Positions 9,001 through 16,400 of a stretch of DNA of 64,000 nt are shown one piece after another (position 1 is the stretch's first letter; every line of letters begins with the position of its first letter). A program made the position numbers and the translations under genes. The stretch comes from an uncultured Alistipes sp. (GTDB taxonomy: Bacteria > Bacteroidota > Bacteroidia > Bacteroidales > Rikenellaceae): NCBI GenBank assembly GCA_964431265.1, contig CAYSJF010000001.1:1358-65357 (forward strand). The letters are read 5' to 3'. The notes under the pieces are model-generated. The model was not told where the DNA came from. It worked only from the letters and a program-made list of their open reading frames with translations, and made no database searches.

Positions 9001-9760
9001 CGCCGACGTGGAGAAGATCGTCGACGAAGCGGTCAAGCAGAAGGTAAAGGATGCGATCGACGCCGTAGGATTCAACAAGGCGAAGAATCCCGAAGAGCAT
9101 ACGATCTGGATGAACGAAGAAAAGCGTATCCCGATTCGCAAGGTGCGCATCTTCACGCCGAGCGTTACGCAGCCGATCCATCTCAAGAAGCAACGCGATC
9201 TTTCGGACAAAGCATACAAGCAGGACTACCACGTCGCGAACGACAGCAACTACTGCATGGCCGTGTACGAAGGAACCGACCGGCGGGGCAAACCCAAACG
9301 CTCGTTCGAGATCGTCAGCAATCTGGAAGCCGCGCAATACTTCAAGGCGAGTGCCGACCGAACGGTCCGGCCCGACTTGGTGCCGCTCTCCGACGAGAAC
9401 GGCTATCCGCTGAAATATATCCTCAAAGCGGGAACGATGGTACTCTTCTACGAAAAGTCGCCGGAAGAACTGCACGAATGCTCGCAGGCCGAACTGGCAA
9501 AGCGACTATATAAGGTAACAGGAATGAGTACATTAGCTCTACAACAAAAATATTTCTACGGGACACTTACATTTAAACATCACCAGGAGGCCCGGCCTGC
9601 CGGAGAGCTGAAAGCCAAAAACGGTGTATGGAAAATCGGAGAGGAATATCGTCCAGTAATTGCGATCTACCATACGCAATTCAACGCCTACGTCGAGGGC
9701 TACGACTTCGAGTTGACCGTCACCGGTGAACTGAAATTCAAACACGGATCGGCATGCTGA
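6083..9760 (+). CDS. cas9: Type II-C CRISPR endonuclease Cas9 (~1225 aa)
   Basis: RuvC-I ILGLDLGTNSLGWA, Arg-rich bridge helix RTAARALRRHYFRRRLR, HNH DIEHTVPRSRGGDDSQMNKTLC...N, RuvC-III HVHHCIDA. Followed by cas1-cas2 with no csn2 or cas4. Confidence 0.97.
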   Translation: MQKILGLDLGTNSLGWALVEETGSGYKLLEKGVDIFQEGVAREKNNEKPAVQDRTAARALRRHYFRRRLRKIELLKVLIKHDLCPPLTDEQLDAWRKHKTYPLDEEFLRWQRTDDNSDKNPYHDRYRALTETLDLGNKADRRSLGRAFYHLSQRRGFLSNRKDAGKESEEGQVKQSIKNLTDDMKKAGCRYIGEYFYRLYQRKEKIRKKYTSRNDHYLAEFRAICEKQHLSEELQHDLQRAIFFQRPLKSQKGTVGKCTFEKTKARCPVSHPRFEEFRLYSFLNNIRIAGPGDADFRPLTQEEVDLVRPLFLRKSKPHFDFEEIARKIAGKGRYACKGDRIEAPYRFNFAGTATVSGCPVTAALIAIFGDDWLSEIRSRYTLGTGKAEEQIMNDIWHALFSFDDEERLHAWACEKLQLSEKEAEDFTNIRTPQDYAALSLNAINKILPYLRAGYRYDEAAFLANLKAVLPPALYADEERRKQIEQDIAELLLNYVRNPYDKYDTKKHRIEAYFSDNGIDLSRVHKLYHPSMIETYRKAEPDARGIFRLGSPRTTSVRNPMAMRALFRLRILINKLLQDGKIDPTTKINIEFSRMLNDANKRKAIEQYQREREAEHRNYAEEIRKQYAEETGSEIEPTETDILKYRLWVEQKHICPYTGAQIRISDFLGEATRYDIEHTVPRSRGGDDSQMNKTLCENRFNREVKRAKLPAELSNHAEILAHIEGFGWQERIDSLQKQIEAQVRKSKSAATKPEKDNAIQRRHYLQMHLKYWSGKLERFTMTEVPEGFSNRQGVDIGIIGRYARFYLKTVFEHIYTVKGATTDAFRKMWGLQEEYTKKQRVNHVHHCIDAITIACIGRNEYDHWAQYVGDEERYLRNEGTRPQFEKPWPTFTEDVKAVADELLVSHHTPDNLPKQSRKRLRKRGKVQVDGRGEPLYMQGDTARGALHLQTFYGAIKRDDEIKYVVRKSLDQLQPADVEKIVDEAVKQKVKDAIDAVGFNKAKNPEEHTIWMNEEKRIPIRKVRIFTPSVTQPIHLKKQRDLSDKAYKQDYHVANDSNYCMAVYEGTDRRGKPKRSFEIVSNLEAAQYFKASADRTVRPDLVPLSDENGYPLKYILKAGTMVLFYEKSPEELHECSQAELAKRLYKVTGMSTLALQQKYFYGTLTFKHHQEARPAGELKAKNGVWKIGEEYRPVIAIYHTQFNAYVEGYDFELTVTGELKFKHGSAC

Positions 9761-10641
9761 AACGAGCTTTGTTTTTCTCGACGCCTTTCTGTTTGAGCCT
9801 GCGCAACGAGCAGATGATCATCCACACCAAAGAGGCGCCCGACATGCAGAAAAGCGTGCCGATCGAAGACATCGGCGTCGTGGTGCTGGAACATCAACAG
9901 ACGACGGTAACCCTGCCGCTGCTCAACGCCCTATCCGACAATAACGTGGCGGTCATCTTCTGCGGCGACAATCGGATGCCCAATGCCATGCTGATGAATC
10001 TGGATTCCAACAAGACACAGGGCGAGAGCTACCGTGCGCAGGTCGAAGCGAGCGAACCGCTCAAAAAAGGACTCTGGAAGCAAATCGTCGAAGCGAAAAT
10101 CCGCAACCAGGCGGCCCTGCTGCGCAAAGTCGGCAAAGACGGCGACAAGCTGAAACCCTACTACATGAACGTCAAGAGCGGAGATACGGACAATCGGGAA
10201 GGCATTGCGGCCAAAATATACTGGACGGAGCTGTTCGGCCGGGAGTTCGTCCGCACGCGGGAAGGTGAGGCGCCGAACAACCTGCTCAACTACGGCTATA
10301 CGATCCTCCGGGCAGCCGTTGCCCGCTCGCTGATGGGTTCGGGACTGCTGCCGGCTTTCGGAATTTTTCACCGCAACCGATACAACGCATTCCCGCTGGC
10401 CGATGACCTCATGGAACCCTATCGTCCGTATGTCGACGAACTGGTCTACAACCTCCACACGGCGGGAAAGTCGCAGCTGACCAAAGAGGTAAAAGGCGAA
10501 CTGCTGCGGATTCTCTTTGCCGACACCCGCTTCGACAAGGTGCTGCGCCCGCTCGACGTAGGACTGACGTTCACCTCGGCCTCTTTGGCCAAATGTTTTG
10601 CCGGCACCCAAAAAAAGCTACTCTATCCCTTGCTCGAATAA
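9754..10641 (+). CDS. cas1: CRISPR-associated integrase Cas1 (type II)
   Basis: VPIEDIGVVVLE, SGDTDNREGIAAKIYW, NNLLNYGYTILR, GIFHRNRYNAFPLADDLMEPYRP. Overlaps the cas9 stop. Confidence 0.97.
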   Translation: MLKRALFFSTPFCLSLRNEQMIIHTKEAPDMQKSVPIEDIGVVVLEHQQTTVTLPLLNALSDNNVAVIFCGDNRMPNAMLMNLDSNKTQGESYRAQVEASEPLKKGLWKQIVEAKIRNQAALLRKVGKDGDKLKPYYMNVKSGDTDNREGIAAKIYWTELFGREFVRTREGEAPNNLLNYGYTILRAAVARSLMGSGLLPAFGIFHRNRYNAFPLADDLMEPYRPYVDELVYNLHTAGKSQLTKEVKGELLRILFADTRFDKVLRPLDVGLTFTSASLAKCFAGTQKKLLYPLLE

Positions 10642-10979
10642 TGTCCGAATCCCGACTCAATGCTTACCGGATCATGTGGCTGTTCGTATTTTTCGACCTA
10701 CCGACCAATACCAAAGCCGAGCGACGCCATGCCGCCCAGTTCCGCAAGGCACTGGAGAAAGACGGTTTTTCGATGATGCAGTACTCGGTCTATGTCCGGC
10801 ATTGCGCATCGAAAGAGAATATGGACGTACACATCAACCGAGTTCGGAAATCGATGCCCGCCGCAGGATATACGAGTATTTTGAGCGTAACGGACAAACA
10901 ATACGGAGAGATCATGAATTTCTGGGGCAAGATCGAACGGGCGAAACCCGAGACGCTCCAACAACTCGAATTCTTCTGA
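10641..10979 (+). CDS. cas2: CRISPR-associated protein Cas2
   Basis: MWLFVFFDLPT...FRKALEKDGFSMMQYSVYVRHC...TDKQY. ATG 10641 overlaps the cas1 TAA. Confidence 0.96.
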   Translation: MSESRLNAYRIMWLFVFFDLPTNTKAERRHAAQFRKALEKDGFSMMQYSVYVRHCASKENMDVHINRVRKSMPAAGYTSILSVTDKQYGEIMNFWGKIERAKPETLQQLEFF

Positions 10980-11172
10980 CAGCCGCCCATACGACCACGC
11001 CGAAAGGCCGATGCCCGAAAGCTGCGTATTGCCGTTCCGGAAAATTCGATTATCTTTGTTCTTTGACATACGAAAATCGCATCGAATCGACTTCGTCGAG
11101 GCTGCCGGCCCCGGTTTTATCCAGCCGAAATGCAGGATAAACAATCCAGAATCAACCGGTTATATGCCCGGA
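10980..11172 (+). promoter_or_regulatory. CRISPR leader with -7 promoter box TATCTTTG (11051-11058)
   Basis: Non-coding region between cas2 and the first repeat. The TAnnTTTG box points into the array, which agrees with tracrRNA complementarity and with the degenerate repeat at the far end. Confidence 0.75.
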
Positions 11173-12128
11173 GTTGTGGTTTGATGTAGAAACTCTATAA
11201 AATACAACAACAAAGGCTTCCTCGATTAGCAATTATATGTTGTGGTTTGATGTAGAAACTCTATAAAATACAACAAACGCCAGTCACGAGCCTTCATTCG
11301 GCGAGTTGTGGTTTGATGTAGAAACTCTATAAAATACAACACGTGGGGTTAATGTAAGACATACGCATAAGTTGTGGTTTGATGTAGAAACTCTATAAAA
11401 TACAACACCCGGCTCTTTGAAGGTGTTGGATTGCATGTTGTGGTTTGATGTAGAAACTCTATAAAATACAACGATGCTCAAGCGCGAACATCCCGGAGCG
11501 AAGTTGTGGTTTGATGTAGAAACTCTATAAAATACAACCGGCAGTCCGCGCAGTAAATCAAACCTTTGGTTGTGGTTTGATGTAGAAACTCTATAAAATA
11601 CAACATTGTCGAAGATGAAGGAATCTTGAAAATGTTGTGGTTTGATGTAGAAACTCTATAAAATACAACCGAATAAGAAGTTTCTTATCTGCGATTTGGT
11701 TGTGGTTTGATGTAGAAACTCTATAAAATACAACCATTGGACGCAACATGCAACGCTCAGCGCTGTTGTGGTTTGATGTAGAAACTCTATAAAATACAAC
11801 GCGGCACCGAAAACCTCACCGTATTACATGTTGTGGTTTGATGTAGAAACTCTATAAAATACAACACAATGCCAACAAATGGCCCACTGTTCGGGTTGTG
11901 GTTTGATGTAGAAACTCTATAAAATACAACAATCGACCTGAACATTCGTTGTCGACGACAGTTGTGGTTTGATGTAGAAACTCTATAAAATACAACCATG
12001 CAAGAGCACACGAGGCGGAGGCTGAAGGTTGTGGTTTGATGTAGAAACTCTATAAAATACAACAGATCCTCAAAGACCAAGAACTCGGCATCGTTGTGGT
12101 TTGATGTAGATACTCTATAAGATACGAC
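11173..12128 (+). CRISPR. CRISPR array: 15 repeats of 36 bp (GTTGTGGTTTGATGTAGAAACTCTATAAAATACAAC) and 14 spacers of 29-31 bp
   Basis: Identical repeats start at 11173, 11239, 11305, 11371, 11437, 11503, 11569, 11634, 11699, 11765, 11830, 11895, 11961 and 12028. The terminal repeat 12093-12128 has 3 mismatches. Confidence 0.99.
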
Positions 12129-12222
12129 GCCGATCGTCTGTTTCCCGGAAATTCGGTCGTTGAGAAGAATGTATATTCGAGAATATTTGCCATTCGGCAA
12201 ATTATTCGTATATTCGGAGCGT

Positions 12223-12459
12223 ATGGGTACGCTGATAACGATATGGCTCGCTCTCATGGGCATCTACTATCTGTGTGTGGCTGCGCTGCGACTTGCAGTC
12301 AAGTTACCCGCAGCGGCAGTAACTCTCGTTACGTTGCCTGCGATGCCTTTTATTGTAGCCTATCGCAGTAGGGCAGAACATCCCAATCGGGCGAAAGCCA
12401 TTTGTTGGTTGTGGAGTGTGCTCTATGCGGTGGTACTCGTTAGCTGTTTCATAGGTTAG
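12223..12459 (+). CDS. Small hypothetical membrane protein (78 aa, 2-3 TM helices)
   Basis: MGTLITIWLALMGIYYLCVAAL...AICWLWSVLYAVVLVSCFIG, directly downstream of the array. Confidence 0.55.
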   Translation: MGTLITIWLALMGIYYLCVAALRLAVKLPAAAVTLVTLPAMPFIVAYRSRAEHPNRAKAICWLWSVLYAVVLVSCFIG

Positions 12460-12571
12460 ATTTGGCGGCCTCCGCCTCCGCCTCCTGCTCCCGAATCCAT
12501 TTCAACTCGTTCACACGCAGTTGCGGCTCGATATATAGCAATTGTAGCACCGAATTTGCAAGGCGGAGGAT

Positions 12572-13612
12572 ATGAAGCGAACAACAATATTATCGGTGCT
12601 GCTGGCTGCAGCCTGGGGAGCATCGAAAGCGGAAATGTGCACGAGAGTAGTATACACGGGGCCGGAAGAAACGGTGCTGACGGTCCGGACAATGGATTGG
12701 AAAGAAGATCCGCAAAGCAAACTTTGGATATTCCCGCGTGGCATACGCCGCAACGGAGCGGCAGGCGCCAATTCGTTGGAGTGGACGTCGAAATTCGGCA
12801 GCGCGATAACCTCGGCTTACGACATCTGCACGACAGACGGGATGAACGAAAAAGGGTTGGCGGCGAATCTGCTATGGCTGGCCGAATCAGAATATCCCAC
12901 GCGCGACAGTCGTAAACCGGCCCTTTCGGTCTCGGTATGGGCACAATACGTGCTGGACAACTTCGCGACGGTGGACGAAGCCGTCGCCGCCTTTTCGAGC
13001 GGCGAATTCGACGTGATTTCCGATTTGATGCCCGACGATTCGGGCATAGCAGCGCTGCACCTGTCGGTATCGGATGCCTCGGGCGACAGCGCCATATTCG
13101 AATACATCGACGGCCGACTCGCCATCCGCCACAGTCCGGAATATACAGTGATGACCAACTCGCCGACTTTCGACAAGCAGCTGGCGCTCGACGACTACTG
13201 GGACAGCATCGGCGGACTGGTTTTCCTGCCGGTCACCAACCGTGCGGCCGACCGGTTCGTGCGAGCCTCGTTCTATGTCGGCACCATCCCGAAAACTGCC
13301 GACACCCGGTTGGCCGTGGCGTCGGTTTTCAGCGTCATCCGCAATGTCTCGGTGCCGCTGGGTATCAGCACCCCCGACGAGCCGAACATCTCGTCAACGC
13401 GCTGGCGCACGGTCGCCGACCAGAAAAACCGCGTCTACTACTACGAATCGGTGCTCTATCCGTTCCTCATCTGGGTGGACTTCGACGAGCTGGATTTCTC
13501 GGCCGGGGCGCCCGTCAGGATGATCGACCCGGCAGCGGGCAAACGATACGCCGGCGATACGACATCCGAATTCGTTCCGGCAGCGCCGTTCATCTTCCAG
13601 ACAGCGAACTGA
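12572..13612 (+). CDS. Linear amide C-N (Ntn) hydrolase, choloylglycine hydrolase / penicillin V acylase family, with signal peptide
   Basis: Nucleophile motif CTR, RTMDW, DGMNEKGL, VMTNSP, ADRFVRASFY, TRWRTVAD. Confidence 0.92.
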   Translation: MKRTTILSVLLAAAWGASKAEMCTRVVYTGPEETVLTVRTMDWKEDPQSKLWIFPRGIRRNGAAGANSLEWTSKFGSAITSAYDICTTDGMNEKGLAANLLWLAESEYPTRDSRKPALSVSVWAQYVLDNFATVDEAVAAFSSGEFDVISDLMPDDSGIAALHLSVSDASGDSAIFEYIDGRLAIRHSPEYTVMTNSPTFDKQLALDDYWDSIGGLVFLPVTNRAADRFVRASFYVGTIPKTADTRLAVASVFSVIRNVSVPLGISTPDEPNISSTRWRTVADQKNRVYYYESVLYPFLIWVDFDELDFSAGAPVRMIDPAAGKRYAGDTTSEFVPAAPFIFQTAN

Positions 13613-13630
13613 ACAGCAAACCGCTCCGGC

Positions 13631-14344
13631 TTATTCGAGAAAATGATTCTCCTGGTTGTTGGAGAGCGAAAATTCGCGCAGCGAGCGGAGGTGGCGGTGC
13701 AGCATGGCGACGCACTCCTCCTCGTTCTGCTCGCGGACGAGCCGCAGCAACTCGCGATGCTCGAAACAAACTTCCTCGGAGGGGACGGAGCAGACGCGAT
13801 AACGCTGGTAATAACGCAGCACATCGGGCGTGATGACCAGCAGCAGCGACGCAATGACGGGATTGTGGGCGCCGCGCGCCAGTGCCTGGTGATAGGCGAA
13901 ATCCTTGGACACCCGTTCGTCGGAATAAAACGACGCTTCGCACACCGCCAGCGCCTCTTCGATGACGGCTAGATCCTCTTCCGTGCGGTTGCGGGCGCAT
14001 AAGCGCATCGCCTCGGCTTCGAGCAGCTCGCGCACGTGCACCAACGACGCGAAGTCGTACTGCTGGATTTGCAGCGCATCGGTAATCATGCGTTCGAGCA
14101 CCTGCATGGTCTCGCGTGCCACGACCGTGCCGCTCTGCGGAAAAGTCTGGACGATGCCGTAGAACTCCAATTTCTGGAACGCCGCACGGACATGGGCGCG
14201 CCCCACCCCCAGTTTCTCGGCCAGCCGCCGTTCGGCGGGCAGTCGTTCGCCGGGCTGCAGACGACCCGAATAAAGCTGCTCCTTGATATATTTGAGCACC
14301 TCCTCGACCTGGGAGATGCCGGGCGCATAGTTCATAACCTTCAT
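13631..14344 (-). CDS. GntR/FadR-family transcriptional regulator of the PUL
   Basis: wHTH LQPGERLPAERRLAEKLGVGRAHVR plus FCD domain (DFAYHQAL...HNP...EHRELL). Start likely ATG 14344; the ORF track gives 14362. Confidence 0.93.
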   Translation of the reverse strand: MKVMNYAPGISQVEEVLKYIKEQLYSGRLQPGERLPAERRLAEKLGVGRAHVRAAFQKLEFYGIVQTFPQSGTVVARETMQVLERMITDALQIQQYDFASLVHVRELLEAEAMRLCARNRTEEDLAVIEEALAVCEASFYSDERVSKDFAYHQALARGAHNPVIASLLLVITPDVLRYYQRYRVCSVPSEEVCFEHRELLRLVREQNEEECVAMLHRHLRSLREFSLSNNQENHFLE

Positions 14345-14392
14345 TTCGGTTTGGGATTGCAAAGGTCGTAAAAAAAACCAATCAAACCAAAA

Positions 14393-15316
14393 TTATCGCG
14401 CCTCCTTTTTCACCTCGAAATCGGCGAAACGCAGAATTTCGTCGCGCAGCTGCGATTTCAGCGCTCCCTGTTTGCCGAAACTGCGATAGATGCCCCACTT
14501 GGGACGCATGCCGGTCGTGCCGTCGCGCCACATGGCCAGCGGCCTACGAGCCACGGACAGCAACTCGCGGCCGTCGCGCAGCCGTCGCACGGAGAGGGTG
14601 TAGCTCCCCTCGGGGGCGCATTCGATGCGCTCCTCGGCCTCGACCCACTCGCCCAGAAACTCCTCCAGATCGGCCCGGGCCAGATAGGTGTTGCCGCCGC
14701 CCGCGCTCGTCGGCGGCACATGGATGACCTGCAGCTGGCGTTTGCCCGTGGAGAGCGTGCGGGCCGTGAACGTGATGACCGGCATGCCGACGTCGGCCGT
14801 ACCGGAGGCGTTGTCGATCCCCTTGATCTGGTGGACGTGGCAGAACTGCTGCGAGGTCAGCATCCCCGCGGGCAGACGGAATTTCCAGCGGAAGATCATC
14901 GTCTCGCCCTCCTGCCCCACCATCGAAGCCGGCGAATGGCCGTCGGTCTTGATCTCGTTGCGCTGCCGGTCGGTGATGTCGGGTTTGCCGCGATCATCGT
15001 CGGTGTCGATATGGATGTAGAAGTCGAAAACATAGCGCTGCAACTCCTCGTCCCACGACTGGCGGATATGCTGGAACGGCGCCGCGGCGTGGTCGTTGGA
15101 GGTGTCGGGCGTCTCGTAGTTGTAGCCGCAAGCGGTAATCAGCGCATAGGTCTGCGCCGTGTCGCCGTCGGCCCGCAACTCGCCCTGCTGCGGCTCGGGC
15201 TGTTGCAATCCGGGCTGCGAAGGCTTCGGTTTGTCGGGCAATGCGGGAATCTCGAACGTGCGGCCCGAGCAGGCAAGCCCCAAAAGGATGAATCCGGCGA
15301 AAATAAATCGTTTCAT
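14393..15316 (-). CDS. Putative beta-jelly-roll polysaccharide lyase, lipoprotein
   Basis: Lipobox LGLAC. RQRNEIK, HVHQIK and RPKWGIYR resemble the three conserved strands of jelly-roll lyases. Confidence 0.7.
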   Translation of the reverse strand: MKRFIFAGFILLGLACSGRTFEIPALPDKPKPSQPGLQQPEPQQGELRADGDTAQTYALITACGYNYETPDTSNDHAAAPFQHIRQSWDEELQRYVFDFYIHIDTDDDRGKPDITDRQRNEIKTDGHSPASMVGQEGETMIFRWKFRLPAGMLTSQQFCHVHQIKGIDNASGTADVGMPVITFTARTLSTGKRQLQVIHVPPTSAGGGNTYLARADLEEFLGEWVEAEERIECAPEGSYTLSVRRLRDGRELLSVARRPLAMWRDGTTGMRPKWGIYRSFGKQGALKSQLRDEILRFADFEVKKEAR

Positions 15317-15341
15317 ACTTGATTTTATGGTCGATTCGGTT

Positions 15342-15384
15342 TATCTTTGTAACGATCGGATTGGTCGACCAATCTGGTATACCA
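15342..15384 (+). promoter_or_regulatory. -7 box TATCTTTG plus tandem FadR-type operators TGGTCGACCA (15362) and TGGTATACCA (15375)
   Basis: Palindromic TGGT-N2-ACCA boxes 13 bp apart in the divergent intergenic region. The same architecture occurs upstream of susC. Confidence 0.75.
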
Positions 15385-15424
15385 CACAAAAATAATAAAA
15401 AAAGATAACCAAACCACGCTAACG

Positions 15425-16396
15425 ATGAAAAAACTTCTTCTCGTCGCCCTCCTGCTGGCGGCAATCTCGGCCCGGGGGCAGCAGCCCACCAACCGCTACT
15501 CGATGAAACTCACGCAGCATGCCGACGGCACCTACGAGTTGATGAACCGCGCGCGCTATGCCCGCATCGTCGACCTCGCGCAGATCGACGACCTGCTCGT
15601 TCCCTACACCTACGAACGTCAGCGGCTCCAAAGCCGCGACTATAAAAACGTAGAAGTCCGCGAATTCGTCTACACCGCCCACGAGGGCTACGAATTGCGG
15701 ATCGCCGTCGACATGGCCGAGAGCGAGCAACCCGCACCCGTGGTCTTCTACGTCCATGGCGGCGGCTGGTCGCGCGGCGACAACGGCTCGTTCCGCGTGC
15801 TTTCGCAGTACATGGCCAAGCAGAAAGGGGTGACGGGCGTACGTATCGCCTACACGCTGGCGCCGCAACCGGGTGCCGACGTGCGGGTCTCGATCGCCGA
15901 CATCAAGGCCGCCGTGCAATATGTCCGCGACCACGCCGCCGAACTCAACATCGACCCCTCGCGCATGGGTTTCGTGGGTAATTCAGCCGGAGCGCATCTG
16001 GCTGCCGTGGGCGCCATGACCGCAGCCGGCGCCAAGGCGTTCGTGGGCACGTCGGGCATCTACGACCTCGAAACGGCCAACATCTGCCAGAAGACCAAGG
16101 ACGCCCAGCGCATCGCCTACTTCTGCGACCGCGACCCCAAGATCGTGCGCGACGCCTCGCCGATCAACCTCATTCCCAAGAAAAAAGCACCCGCCGCACT
16201 GCTTTTCTGCGGCACGGCCGACATCACCGTCGAGCATGCCCAGAGCAAGGCTTTCGCCGAAGCGCTCCGCCACCGCGGCGCCAAGGTCGACCTCCAGGTC
16301 TACGAGCACTACGACCACAATCTGAGCGCCAAGGCCTCGGACAAGATGGAGGAGGTGTTCTTCAAGACGGTCGATTTCCTCGCCGCAAACCTCTGA
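15425..16396 (+). CDS. Secreted alpha/beta-hydrolase esterase
   Basis: Signal peptide, HGGGW oxyanion motif, GNSAG nucleophile elbow, GTAD and terminal His (DHN). Confidence 0.88.
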   Translation: MKKLLLVALLLAAISARGQQPTNRYSMKLTQHADGTYELMNRARYARIVDLAQIDDLLVPYTYERQRLQSRDYKNVEVREFVYTAHEGYELRIAVDMAESEQPAPVVFYVHGGGWSRGDNGSFRVLSQYMAKQKGVTGVRIAYTLAPQPGADVRVSIADIKAAVQYVRDHAAELNIDPSRMGFVGNSAGAHLAAVGAMTAAGAKAFVGTSGIYDLETANICQKTKDAQRIAYFCDRDPKIVRDASPINLIPKKKAPAALLFCGTADITVEHAQSKAFAEALRHRGAKVDLQVYEHYDHNLSAKASDKMEEVFFKTVDFLAANL

Positions 16397-16400
16397 CGCC

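Noticed and set aside
11209-12092. Self-targeting or duplicated spacers
   Set aside because: No duplicates among the 14 spacers and no match within the window noticed by eye. A genome-wide search is needed.
11284-12263. Minus-strand ORFs with repeated VVFYRVSTSNHN
   Set aside because: Translation of the CRISPR repeats, not proteins.
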